This document shows, piece after piece, positions 19,238-27,875 of a stretch of 64,000 bases of DNA. The notes beneath the pieces are model-generated. The model worked only from the letters and a program-made list of their open reading frames with translations, was not told the DNA's origin and ran no database searches. Origin of the DNA: an uncultured Thiomicrospira sp. (GTDB lineage: Bacteria; Pseudomonadota; Gammaproteobacteria; CAKMZV01); the NCBI GenBank assembly GCA_965195345.1, contig OZ239628.1:1120001-1184000 (forward strand). The letters are read 5' to 3'. The position numbers and the translations under genes are program-made. Position 1 is the stretch's first letter. Each line of letters starts with the position of its first letter.

Positions 19238-20554
19238 TCATAGATGATCTTTAGGATCGAAGTCTTCAGGAAAAATTGTGTGGCTGTTATAAGTAGCCCC
19301 TTTTAAATTCGCCTTTTGTAAATTTGCGTATTCTAAATTCGCCTCTTTTAAATTCGCACCTTCTAAATTCGCCTCTTTTAAATTCGCCTCTTTTAAATTC
19401 GCCTCTTTTAAATTCGCCTCTTTTAAATTCGCCTCTTCTAAATTCGCCTCTTGTAAATCCGCCCCTTGTAAAATCGCCCTTTCTAAATTCGCCACTTGTA
19501 AATCCGCCCCGTATAAATTCGCCCCTTTTAAATCCGCCCCGTATAAATTCGCCACTTGTAAATCCGCCCCTTTTAAATTCGCCCCTTTTAAATCCGCATC
19601 AAATAAAGACGCCTTTTGTAAATTCGCCCTTTCTAAATTCGCCTCTTGTAAATTCGCATAAAATAAAACCACCATTTCTAAATACGCCTCTTTTAAATTC
19701 GCCTCTTTTAAATTCGCCTCTCTTAAATTCGCCCTTTCTAAATTTGCCTTTTCTAAATTCGTTTCTTTTAAATTTGCCTTTTCTAAATCCGCCCCATGTA
19801 ACTTCGCCCTTTCTAAATTCATCCCTCCTAAATCCGCCACTTGTAAATTTGCAACCTCTGACGCATCTATTTTCTTACTCTGTTGTAGTGTTGGCATTGT
19901 TGGTTTATTGGCTCTTTCGGTGCTCGTGAGTATCAAGCCTCTAGTAATACTATCAATCTGCTCGCTAAAAGCGGGATAATTTCTTTTTAATATTGCTAAT
20001 GACTTAACACCAATACAACGACTCACTAATTCAGGTGATGCCAGTAAATTATAGCCATGAGATAGTGTTGATGTGTTGATGCTCTCGTCTGTTTTTTCAA
20101 CTTGCTCCTGTGATTTTTCAATCTGATTTTGTGATATTTCAATCTGAATTTGTGTTTTTTCAATTTGTTCTCTGGTGTCATTTGTTCTGAAGTACCACAA
20201 ACCAATTAATACAGGGAGAGATAGTAATAGAAAGCGCATAGAGTGTCCTGCATAATTATTTTCGTCAGTGATTTTCCAAATATCTAAAATAAATTTAGTT
20301 ATCTCAGTAGCAGATAGGAAACCCAATACAGCTAATGCAGAAAGGAAGAACAATCGATTCATCTTTTTTTCAGATGGTTTTTCTGGATTCTTCATGAAAA
20401 AATACACTACGAAGAATGTAGCGAAATATGAAAGGCAGTAGAGAAGGAGCACTAAAGGACTTTTAATTCCCGTTTGTTTAAGCGTTTCCATTGTTCTTCC
20501 GTTTAGAACAAGCATTAAAGAATCTATATTTTCCGTTTGTATTAACCATTCCAT
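19238..20554 (-). CDS. Membrane-anchored pentapeptide-repeat protein (cargo of unit 1)
   Basis: N-terminal TM helices, LPVLIGLWYFRT.DT, QIEKSQE heptads, long A(N/D)Lxx repeats, TIFPEDFDP end. Confidence 0.92.
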   Translation of the reverse strand: MEWLIQTENIDSLMLVLNGRTMETLKQTGIKSPLVLLLYCLSYFATFFVVYFFMKNPEKPSEKKMNRLFFLSALAVLGFLSATEITKFILDIWKITDENNYAGHSMRFLLLSLPVLIGLWYFRTNDTREQIEKTQIQIEISQNQIEKSQEQVEKTDESINTSTLSHGYNLLASPELVSRCIGVKSLAILKRNYPAFSEQIDSITRGLILTSTERANKPTMPTLQQSKKIDASEVANLQVADLGGMNLERAKLHGADLEKANLKETNLEKANLERANLREANLKEANLKEAYLEMVVLFYANLQEANLERANLQKASLFDADLKGANLKGADLQVANLYGADLKGANLYGADLQVANLERAILQGADLQEANLEEANLKEANLKEANLKEANLKEANLEGANLKEANLEYANLQKANLKGATYNSHTIFPEDFDPKDHL

Positions 20555-20598
20555 TGTTCTTTTCCTTTTTATTTTGGTTTTGTTAGATTATCAAGTGA

Positions 20599-20627
20599 AT
20601 TTTACCCTCTCCGTCTGCGAAAGTTAA
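20599..20627 (-). promoter_or_regulatory. Leftward sigma70-like promoter for the cargo gene (TTAACT-17-TAAAAT)
   Basis: Conserved at 34818-34846 (TACAAT) and 44456-44484 although the downstream genes differ. Confidence 0.6.
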
Positions 20628-20708
20628 AAAAGTGCTTGACACGCGTCTGCATGTGTTTTGTATAAGTCGCTTTTAATTATTAAATGGCTGTTTTACTTTG
20701 GAGAAAGA

Positions 20709-20834
20709 ATGAACAAAAGCACAATGAAAACGATTACGGGCGTAGTATTTACTGCTGCGGTCGCATTCGCAACGGTTGCAATTGCAACGCGTTTTAAGCC
20801 AGCACGCAAAGTGTTGAACGTTGACAACTATTAA
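20709..20834 (+). CDS. Small virion membrane protein, PM2 P7-like (41 aa, not in ORF track)
   Basis: GGAG RBS; MNKSTMKTITGVVFTAAVAF... resembles the PM2 P7 N-terminus and lies between ATPase and capsid genes. Confidence 0.75.
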   Translation: MNKSTMKTITGVVFTAAVAFATVAIATRFKPARKVLNVDNY

Positions 20835-20843
20835 GGGGTTGCA

Positions 20844-21623
20844 ATGAGAATTAGACAACAAAAACTTGATTCGCCTAATGGAGGCGGATTTGATAACGAT
20901 TTTATTTTTACCCTGCCAAAAGGCATCAGCATTCATGAAGTGGCATTCGTGCTTTCTGCAATGGCTATAAGTGATGTCAAAAAGGTAGTGGTTGAAATAG
21001 ACGGCGTTACTAATGTTGAATGCAGTGGAGAAGATTTGTCCCTATTGCAAGCACTCTACTCAAAACCACAAAAAGACAACACTCTGATTATTCCTTTTTC
21101 AGGGCAAAACAGTCAAACGTGGCAAGGAGCAATAGACGGACTATTGACAATATTACCAAATGAACAATGCGTTATCCGCTTAAGCATTGGTGCTGGTAAT
21201 GGTAATGGTAATCCCTCAGTTGATGGTTTCATCCGTTATCAGTTTGCAACAGCTCGCACGGCATTACCAAGAATACAACGCATTCCCCTGCCCCAAGTTG
21301 AGATTGGCGAGCGTTTGTTTTCTTACCCCCATGCACGCCGTTTTGTTCGCACAATGATATTGACTGGTGGCGCACCTGATAAATTCAAGATTGTGCAAAA
21401 CGGGCAAGCGTTGTTTGTAACGACCGATGAATTAAATCGTTTCATGTTAGAGCGCAACGGGCTAACGCCTCAAGACGGGCATTTTGCATTTGTTCCAGCA
21501 ATGGAAGGTTTTGAAGCGGCTGACAAGCTCAATGGTGCTAATGCACGTATTGAATTTTCAGCAACGCAAGCGGGTGCAACGTCTGTGCTTATTCATACGA
21601 TCGAGCCTACTCAAGCGCAGTAA
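20844..21623 (+). CDS. Double jelly-roll major capsid protein (PM2 P2-like)
   Basis: FTLPKG.SIHEV...DVKKVVVEIDG and LNRFMLERNG....GHFAF..AMEG align by eye with PM2 P2; 259 aa; downstream of ATPase. Confidence 0.85.
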   Translation: MRIRQQKLDSPNGGGFDNDFIFTLPKGISIHEVAFVLSAMAISDVKKVVVEIDGVTNVECSGEDLSLLQALYSKPQKDNTLIIPFSGQNSQTWQGAIDGLLTILPNEQCVIRLSIGAGNGNGNPSVDGFIRYQFATARTALPRIQRIPLPQVEIGERLFSYPHARRFVRTMILTGGAPDKFKIVQNGQALFVTTDELNRFMLERNGLTPQDGHFAFVPAMEGFEAADKLNGANARIEFSATQAGATSVLIHTIEPTQAQ

Positions 21624-21970
21624 TGAGTAAACTTTCGTTGAATGACATCATTCGAGGCGGTCAAGACATCACCCGCGATATTGAAAACGCGGGTGATACT
21701 GATATTAGCAACGAGATAGGCAATGCAGGAACACGCTTATTGAATGAACCAATCAAATATTCACCCATCCACCCTACACAAGCAAGCATTGCGGGAAGCG
21801 AGCCTATTCATAAAACAGGCGCGCCATTGGCATTGTTTGGTGCAGGTGCGGGAGTTGGTGCGGGATATGGTTTATCGCAAGCCCTATCCTCCCCCATTGG
21901 GAAAGTAGGCTTGGCAGTGGTTGCTACTGTATTGGGTGCATTTGTAATTAAACGGTTTAAGTTAGCATGA
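21623..21970 (+). CDS. Virion membrane protein (P3-like position)
   Basis: C-terminal TM followed by basic tail; directly after capsid gene. Confidence 0.65.
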   Translation: MSKLSLNDIIRGGQDITRDIENAGDTDISNEIGNAGTRLLNEPIKYSPIHPTQASIAGSEPIHKTGAPLALFGAGAGVGAGYGLSQALSSPIGKVGLAVVATVLGAFVIKRFKLA

Positions 21971-22185
21971 TCTCGCCACTCGGACCCGTTTCAGCAGGTG
22001 GCGATATTTCGCCTGATCTATCATCAACCGCAACAAGTGGTGATGCAAGCAATGATAGTGAAAATAACTTTAGCTTTGGAGATAAGCACATCAACAACGG
22101 CGCGCAAGGCATTCCAGCATGGATTGCTGTTGCAGGTGGTATTTTAATCGCAGGTGGATTATGGTTTTTTGGACGGCGGGCATAG
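21967..22185 (+). CDS. Virion membrane protein, PM2 P8-like
   Basis: Gly/Ser-rich SSTATSG...NFSFG..IN then C-terminal TM and RR. Confidence 0.65.
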   Translation: MISPLGPVSAGGDISPDLSSTATSGDASNDSENNFSFGDKHINNGAQGIPAWIAVAGGILIAGGLWFFGRRA

Positions 22186-22517
22186 ATGAAACATTTGTGC
22201 CTGCAGGCATTAAAAAAGCACTTGGTAATGCAATCAATGCAATCAAGATTGAATGTATCAAGGGCGTTTGTCAATGCTGGAAATTTAACAATGGGCGTTT
22301 CATTACCCGCATTGAGCATAAGGAGTTAGTGATCGTGGCATTCACTGGACGCAATACTTCAAATGTTTTTTCAGCAATCTATCAATCTGCAAAGAATGGT
22401 GGTTTTCAATCGATCCGCATTCACACGAACAATCCAAAATGGGTGCGCTTTATTCGCATTAAAGGGTTTGTATTTGATGAATTAGCAAGCGGTGTATATC
22501 AGTTGGAGGTTGCGTAA
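22161..22517 (+). CDS. Phage protein, possible GNAT-like fold
   Basis: ELVIVAFTG...AKNGGFQSIRIHT; start uncertain (ORF track 22119). Confidence 0.55.
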   Translation: MVFWTAGIDETFVPAGIKKALGNAINAIKIECIKGVCQCWKFNNGRFITRIEHKELVIVAFTGRNTSNVFSAIYQSAKNGGFQSIRIHTNNPKWVRFIRIKGFVFDELASGVYQLEVA

Positions 22518-22933
22518 TGGGCGGTAGTAGCAGGAGCAGAACGTCCTCAGATGTTTACAATCAACAGCAGGATAGATCGGTTGTTTTTGCACCAAGTGGT
22601 AACGGAAATCAAACGGCCGTAACGGGCAATGTTGGCGGTGATGTAGTTATTGAGAACACGGATCATGGCGCAATTGAAGCCTCGTTTAGCTTTGGCGAGC
22701 GCATTGGCGCATTGGCGATTGATAGAAGTGCCGATTCAGCAGAGTTTGCAATTGAGGCGGTACAAGATGCCCATCGTGAAGCAAGCGAAAGCGCAAGCGA
22801 GCAAAACAAAGCATTCAGTGGCGCAATCAGTGCATTCAAATCAGAAACGCAAGGGCTTGGTAAAAACCTCTTGATCGTTAGCGGAGCGGGCGCGTTTTCT
22901 TTAGTAGCGATTGTATTTTTAATTAAGAAATAA
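22517..22933 (+). CDS. Virion membrane-associated protein
   Basis: MGGSS.S N-terminus, TDHGAI motif, C-terminal TM plus KK; GGAGG RBS. Confidence 0.7.
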   Translation: MGGSSRSRTSSDVYNQQQDRSVVFAPSGNGNQTAVTGNVGGDVVIENTDHGAIEASFSFGERIGALAIDRSADSAEFAIEAVQDAHREASESASEQNKAFSGAISAFKSETQGLGKNLLIVSGAGAFSLVAIVFLIKK

Positions 22934-22934
22934 C

Positions 22935-23366
22935 ATGGCAAGAATAAACATAAAAGCGCATGGCGCGATCGATTTACCAATCAATCAGCGATTTATTCTT
23001 TTTCTTAGTAGTTCACGTGCAACTATTGAAGGCGTGCGGATCACTCGAGGATTAACAGTTGAGCGTTCAGATATAGAGCCACTAATCCGCATTGAAAATC
23101 CAAGCACCACTTCTACAACAATTGATTATGTCATAAGTGGCAACCGCATTATTATCCCTGTCAATGATGTAGTAATCAGCGAAGCAATAGCAATTAGTAA
23201 TGCGGTAGAAATTGCCAATGCTGTTGAAATAAAAAACCAAATATCAGAGGCAAAAATTGCGCGCAGTGTCGTCATTGGTAACTACTACATAGCGCATCCT
23301 GATGAAGTGCCAGAGGCAGAACATCCAGCAGACTTGCAAAAAATATTAGAGAAAATCGGAGTTTAA
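22935..23366 (+). CDS. Putative vertex/spike-base structural protein
   Basis: Beta-rich N-terminus, I.NAVEI repeats; within structural operon. Confidence 0.5.
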   Translation: MARINIKAHGAIDLPINQRFILFLSSSRATIEGVRITRGLTVERSDIEPLIRIENPSTTSTTIDYVISGNRIIIPVNDVVISEAIAISNAVEIANAVEIKNQISEAKIARSVVIGNYYIAHPDEVPEAEHPADLQKILEKIGV

Positions 23367-23368
23367 CA

Positions 23369-23881
23369 ATGGCAAACAAATATCAATCTTACGAAGAACG
23401 ACAAAACGATCGCATTAGCGCATTGGAGCAAGTCAATGGTATAGAGGTCGATGATGGCAATGTTGGCATACCGTCTATCAAAGGCGAGCAAGGCGAAAAA
23501 GGCGAGCAAGGCATACAGGGCGTACAGGGCGTACAGGGCGAAAAAGGCGACAACGGTGCAGATGGGATAACGACTAACTATATTGATATAGACGTTGTAA
23601 AAAACCAGACCTACATAATTCCGCACTCGCTTGGTGCATTGCCTAAAGGCGTACAGTTGTCCGTAAAGATTACCGATGCTGAACGTAGTGATTTTTCTGT
23701 TAACAAATGGCGTTTAATTTCTTCTCCAACGGATTTTTGGAGCGGTCGCCAGCATCATGTAGGCGCAATAGTGGCAATAAATGTTTCAGAAATAGAGATA
23801 CAAACGGGGAATTTACTCTACCACGATGAATCAGACGATACGTCCATGGATGCTGGAACTGTCCGCGTCACTTATTTTTAA
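23369..23881 (+). CDS. Collagen-repeat fibre/spike protein
   Basis: About ten G-X-Y triplets (GEQGEKGEQGIQGVQGVQGEKGDNGADG) followed by a beta-rich domain. Confidence 0.75.
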   Translation: MANKYQSYEERQNDRISALEQVNGIEVDDGNVGIPSIKGEQGEKGEQGIQGVQGVQGEKGDNGADGITTNYIDIDVVKNQTYIIPHSLGALPKGVQLSVKITDAERSDFSVNKWRLISSPTDFWSGRQHHVGAIVAINVSEIEIQTGNLLYHDESDDTSMDAGTVRVTYF

Positions 23882-23896
23882 TTTATAAGGAAAAAA

Positions 23897-24286
23897 ATGA
23901 GCAAATTTTTAGCATTTAACAAAAAAGGCGAGTGTGTAAGTATTGTTGATGAAAAAGTATTTCTAAACACAACCTATGCAGAAGCCCCTAAAGGCGCAAA
24001 TAAAAGAAACTTCACGAACTATGTTATTCGTGATGATGGAACAGTAGAGGAAAAATCAAAAAAAGAAATAGAACAAGAAGCAGTTGCAGGCTTATTGGCG
24101 GGCATAAAAGAAAGACGTAATGCCCTGCTCGCCCGCTCCGACTGGACACAATTGGCAGATGTTGCATTGAGTAATGAAGCAGGTGTGGAATGGACGCAAT
24201 ACCGCGCAAAGTTGCGTGCAATTGCTGATGGGATAACAACAGCCAAAGAAGCGGATGCCGTTGTTTTTCCTGATGAGCCTGCCTAA
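23897..24286 (+). CDS. Tail-fibre assembly chaperone-like protein
   Basis: RNALLARSDWTQLAD...W..YR..LR.I....VFP..P C-terminal signature. Confidence 0.8.
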   Translation: MSKFLAFNKKGECVSIVDEKVFLNTTYAEAPKGANKRNFTNYVIRDDGTVEEKSKKEIEQEAVAGLLAGIKERRNALLARSDWTQLADVALSNEAGVEWTQYRAKLRAIADGITTAKEADAVVFPDEPA

Positions 24287-24438
24287 TGGGTCAAGCTGTT
24301 GGATTTATTGCAGGATTTGCTATTGTGTATTTACTTTTATCGATAAAACCAACGGATAAACAGCTTGCAGAAAGTGGCAACACGATAGCACAAAAACGTG
24401 TTAATCATGATTATGTTAATGAATTTGGCAAGTTGTGA
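24286..24438 (+). CDS. Small membrane protein (50 aa, not in ORF track)
   Basis: MGQAVGFIAGFAIVYLLL...; TAATG and GTGA coupling; conserved at 38499-38651. Confidence 0.65.
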   Translation: MGQAVGFIAGFAIVYLLLSIKPTDKQLAESGNTIAQKRVNHDYVNEFGKL

Positions 24439-24935
24439 AAGTAGGTTTATTTGCAGGCGCATTGCTTGCAGTTTTAGTCTTTTATTTAGGGAAAGAAATG
24501 CAAAGAAGAAAACCAAGAGGAATTAGAAATAATAACCCTGGGAACATAACGATAAATTTTAGCAATCGTTGGAAAGGTTCAATTCCACGCTCCCAAAACA
24601 CAGACGGTCGTTTTGTCCAGTTTATGACGATGGAAGCAGGCGTGCGCGCTATGACGATTGTGATCATCAACTACTACAAACGTGGATTGACGACAATACG
24701 CGAAATGATTTCAACTTATGCGCCCTCTTTTGAAAACAGAACGGACGCTTATATTGATCACGTTGAAGATCGGATTGACATTGATGAAAATCAACATCTT
24801 GATCGGGATATGTTCATTGAAAAGATACCGCTAATTGTCAAGGCAATAATCAGACATGAAAACGGCGAAACCATTGATCCTCAAGAAGTTTCAGCAGGTG
24901 TTTTTATGGGTAAAAAAGATAAAGGATTTTTATGA
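24435..24935 (+). CDS. PM2 P5-like virion protein (lysozyme-like fold)
   Basis: N-terminal TM, RGIRNNNPGNI, F.....GVRA, YAP..EN.T.AYI, HENG. Confidence 0.85.
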   Translation: MKVGLFAGALLAVLVFYLGKEMQRRKPRGIRNNNPGNITINFSNRWKGSIPRSQNTDGRFVQFMTMEAGVRAMTIVIINYYKRGLTTIREMISTYAPSFENRTDAYIDHVEDRIDIDENQHLDRDMFIEKIPLIVKAIIRHENGETIDPQEVSAGVFMGKKDKGFL

Positions 24936-25345
24936 TATTTGACTGGGTTGCAGACATATTTGAAACAAGTTCAAAGCACATAGACGAGTGGTTTACCACT
25001 GATGAAGAACGCGACAAAATGCGCAACGAATTTGCACGCATTAAGAACGCTGTTTCTATTAAGGTGCTGGCATTAGAAAAACAGCTGCTAACGGCGCAAA
25101 CAAAAATAATTACCGCAGAGGCACAAGGGCAATCATGGCTACAACGCTCATGGCGTCCAATAACGATGCTTACCTTTTTAATTCTGGTCGTACTTGATTC
25201 AGGTGGACACTTAGCAAATCCACTTGCACCCGAAGCATGGACGCTTTTGCAAATTGGGATTGGTGGGTATGTAGTCGGGCGAAGCGTTGAAAAAATCGCG
25301 CCTAAAGTAATTGACACATTGAATCAAAATAATGGACGGGTTTAG
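24932..25345 (+). CDS. Holin-like protein (GTA 3TM holin type)
   Basis: AEAQGQSWLQRSWRP, then TMs, GGYVVGRSVEK. Confidence 0.75.
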   Translation: MIFDWVADIFETSSKHIDEWFTTDEERDKMRNEFARIKNAVSIKVLALEKQLLTAQTKIITAEAQGQSWLQRSWRPITMLTFLILVVLDSGGHLANPLAPEAWTLLQIGIGGYVVGRSVEKIAPKVIDTLNQNNGRV

Positions 25346-25607
25346 TTTTTTTGAACTCATAGCGGGCGGTATTGGTGTTCAGCTGATCGCTAATTATTTG
25401 ATAACACAACGCGCAGTGCAGTCAGCTGTTCAATCAATAGACAAGCGTTTACTGGTTTTAGAACATAAACAAGCTGAAATGGAAAAGGAATACATTAGTG
25501 ATTCAGAATGCAAACACAGAATGCAAACGATAGAAACAGATAAATACAAAGAAATTGCGAAAAACTTAGAAAAAGCAGGTTACCACAAACCACAAACAAG
25601 ATTATGA
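25332..25607 (+). CDS. Membrane-anchored coiled-coil protein, possibly lysis accessory
   Basis: N-terminal TM plus coiled coil; follows holin. Confidence 0.55.
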   Translation: MDGFSFFELIAGGIGVQLIANYLITQRAVQSAVQSIDKRLLVLEHKQAEMEKEYISDSECKHRMQTIETDKYKEIAKNLEKAGYHKPQTRL

Positions 25608-26008
25608 GCAAAACAGCACAAGAATTCCAAATAACGAAAACAACTAAAATATTTTCGCAAGCCAACAAAAATAGGAAGAAAGGCGAAAAGCCAGAATATT
25701 TTGAGATTATGGAAATGAATGAGCTGATGCCTATTGACCCATTGACAAACAAACTATATGAGCTAACAGCACCAGCACCAGCCAAGCGGAAAGCACCAAC
25801 CAAAGCCAAAGCACCAGCAAAGCGAAAAGCACCAGCCAAGCGAAAAGCACCAACCAAGCGAAAAGCACCAGCCAAGCGAAAAGCACCAGCCAAGCGAAAA
25901 GTAAGATCAATTATGTGTAAGGAAGGGCTTAAGGGTAACGGCGCATTAAAAAAGGGGCATAGGTTCTTAAAAGGTGGGCGCGTAGTTAAGGCAAAAGCAA
26001 AAAAATAA
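25604..26008 (+). CDS. Basic histone H1-like protein with (P-A/T-K-R/A-K-A)n repeats
   Basis: 18-bp tandem repeats at about 25775-25900; Lys-rich C-terminus. Confidence 0.7.
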   Translation: MSKTAQEFQITKTTKIFSQANKNRKKGEKPEYFEIMEMNELMPIDPLTNKLYELTAPAPAKRKAPTKAKAPAKRKAPAKRKAPTKRKAPAKRKAPAKRKVRSIMCKEGLKGNGALKKGHRFLKGGRVVKAKAKK

Positions 26009-26147
26009 TTCCGTAGTATTTTCAGAAAGAACATTTACCAGGGCAAAAAAATAATTCCGTATTATTTTCAGAAAGAACATTTCCCTGGGCAAAAAAATAA
26101 TTCCGTAGTATTTTCAGAAAGAACATTTCCCTGGGCAAAAAAATAAT
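25997..26147 (+). repeat. 46-bp tandem repeat, about 3.3 copies
   Basis: GCAAAAAAATAATTCCGTAGTATTTTCAGAAAGAACATTTACCAGG at 25997, 26043, 26089, partial 26135. Confidence 0.9.
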
Positions 26148-26276
26148 AATAATTAAGGGTTTATATTTGTGTGGCTCTTGGTTTGGCGATCGCCATTTTT
26201 TGATAATTCAAAAAGATAAATAAAGAAAGATAATGAACGGCATTATATTTTTGCTGTAAGTCTTTGATTTTGAATA

Positions 26277-26304
26277 TAAGTTGCGTATGAAGATAATCAC
26301 GAAT
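26277..26304 (+). other. Recombination site A2 (attP-type junction): TAAGTTGCGTA-TGAAGA-TAATCACGAAT
   Basis: Spacer and right arm identical to A1; left arm from phage end. Confidence 0.85.
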
Positions 26305-26411
26305 GGAGGCTAAAAACTGCCGAATATTTAAGCAATGAAAACGAAAATAATCGATCAAATTATGAACCGCTTATATCGTTCGAATCTTCTAAAAAATCAC
26401 GGGTCAAGGAA

Positions 26412-26690
26412 ATGATTGTTGATGAACTTGGTGAAGTTGGTGCAAGTGCTTTAGAACAGCTATACAACAAGTATTTGCGCACTTATGACGTTAATCAAAT
26501 AGGCATAAATGGGATATATAGAATTATTAATAAATTTGATGCGTCATTCTTCTCTACTTTCGCTTTCAGATTGAAAACAAAAGAATACAGCTTTATCGCT
26601 AACGTGATCGCCGATATGCTACGCACTGATGACTTAGGCGGCGATGAAACGATGAATATTCCTGTTTTTACCGCCGTGAAAATAGCCTAA
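26412..26690 (+). CDS. Hypothetical protein; frame open back to site A2
   Basis: Homolog of 12578-12856; open from 26289, in-frame TAA at 26277. Confidence 0.65.
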   Translation: MIVDELGEVGASALEQLYNKYLRTYDVNQIGINGIYRIINKFDASFFSTFAFRLKTKEYSFIANVIADMLRTDDLGGDETMNIPVFTAVKIA

Positions 26691-26732
26691 AGCCCAAATA
26701 TAACGGGGCTTTCAGCGTTCTAAACCTTTGAT

Positions 26733-27077
26733 TTACTTCGTCTCGTGATTATCTTCAGAGTTACGAACGTCATCAACCAGTTCAAAGCCTGTAAACGTGG
26801 CGTATTTATGCGCCCACCACTCAACGTCTTGTTTGGCTTTGCGTGGGTCTTTACTTGCCCTTTGATAATTTGAAGCGGCTAACACTGCCATTGGATTTTC
26901 ACCTGTAATATCAGAAAAGACAACGATTGCCTTATCATCAAATGCCCTTTTGCATTGTCTGTAATCAGATATTGCAGATTGTGCAATTCCTGTTTGCTTC
27001 CAAAGTTGGTAATCAGAGGATGCTCCGATTGCTTTTTGTGCTCGATTAAGAAAATCAGCGGTAGTTGGTATATTCAT
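26733..27077 (-). CDS. Phage immunity repressor (HTH), unit 2 allele
   Basis: SDYQLWKQTGIAQSAISDYR; C-terminus identical to unit 1 repressor. Confidence 0.75.
   Translation of the reverse strand: MNIPTTADFLNRAQKAIGASSDYQLWKQTGIAQSAISDYRQCKRAFDDKAIVVFSDITGENPMAVLAASNYQRASKDPRKAKQDVEWWAHKYATFTGFELVDDVRNSEDNHETK
26741..26768 (-). other. Recombination site B2, inverted, inside the repressor 3' end
   Basis: Identical to B1. Confidence 0.75.
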
Positions 27078-27131
27078 TTAAACCTCGTTGAACAATTGCT
27101 TTTATTTAGTATATCTTAATTGGCAACCAAT

Positions 27132-27190
27132 CGCAATATAGAAATATATCTGTATTGCGGTTGACAAATCAATCTATATTGCGGTATATT
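27132..27190 (+). promoter_or_regulatory. Early promoter (TTGACA-18-TATATT) with TCT(A/G)TATTGCG operator-like repeats
   Basis: -35 at 27161, -10 at 27185; CGCAATATAGA/TCTGTATTGCG inverted pair plus a further TCTATATTGCG. Confidence 0.7.
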
Positions 27191-27368
27191 TATACAAAGT
27201 GTATTCGGTTGCACTTCATATTCATCAACTAAGCAGAACAATGAACATCAACAAAGCAATAAACAAACAACAACAGATCAGCGGGAACAATTGCTTTGTA
27301 TTCCCAATGTGTGGGGGGTGCGTAGGCTTAGTACGCACCCCCTTTTTTTTATCGAACGGAGCAAATCA

Positions 27369-27584
27369 ATGAGTAAACCTAAACTAACGATAGCAAAATT
27401 TAATAAGCAAGGACAAGTTGTCTATTACCTGTACGACAAAAAAGGAAAGCGATATAAGCTATATCATGATTTTCATTATAGCGATCTGGGCTTATACAAA
27501 GTTGATCCAGAATTACATGAACGCTTGAAGTTTGAATTTGGAATCATCAACGAAATAATAGATAACGAACCAGGCGAGCGATGA
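27369..27584 (+). CDS. Phage early hypothetical protein
   Basis: Copy of 13519-13734. Confidence 0.7.
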   Translation: MSKPKLTIAKFNKQGQVVYYLYDKKGKRYKLYHDFHYSDLGLYKVDPELHERLKFEFGIINEIIDNEPGER

Positions 27585-27856
27585 ACACAACGACCAATAA
27601 CCCTTTAATTGATAGGTTTTTAAAAGCGTCGCAAGAATTGCGTGCTGAACAAGAAGCAGTTGAAAAAACCATCATTGAAGCTGGTGGCACTATAACTCCA
27701 GAAATGCTATTAGTACCAGAAGAAACCTCAATGAAATATTTAAACGCTTTAATATCTGTAACAGAACTTGCACGGGCGAGTGAATTCATCCGAGCCGATG
27801 TACTTAAACCAGATAGCAAAATTGAAGCAAACATTGCAAGCGAAACAATCCACTAA
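27581..27856 (+). CDS. Phage early hypothetical protein
   Basis: Copy of 13731-14006. Confidence 0.7.
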   Translation: MNTTTNNPLIDRFLKASQELRAEQEAVEKTIIEAGGTITPEMLLVPEETSMKYLNALISVTELARASEFIRADVLKPDSKIEANIASETIH

Positions 27857-27875
27857 TCATTGAGAGTAATTTATT

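Larger units (their letters stand above)
12443..26304 (+). mobile_element. PM2-like (double jelly-roll, tailless) prophage, unit 1, 13,834 bp site-to-site
   Basis: Repressor, HUH Rep, FtsK/HerA packaging ATPase, P7-like, DJR capsid, P5-like and holin genes bounded by direct copies of the 28-bp site. Confidence 0.92.

Noticed and set aside
19324-19929. Plus-strand ORFs with NSPLL/NPPLV repeats (also 33460, 33795, 41390, 42410) and FLFL/VLVL/CSCS ORFs at 34139-34438
   Set aside because: Antisense shadows of the pentapeptide repeats and the microsatellite; no independent coding evidence.
25997-26147. 46-bp repeats as a CRISPR array
   Set aside because: Units are contiguous with no unique spacers and there are no cas genes.
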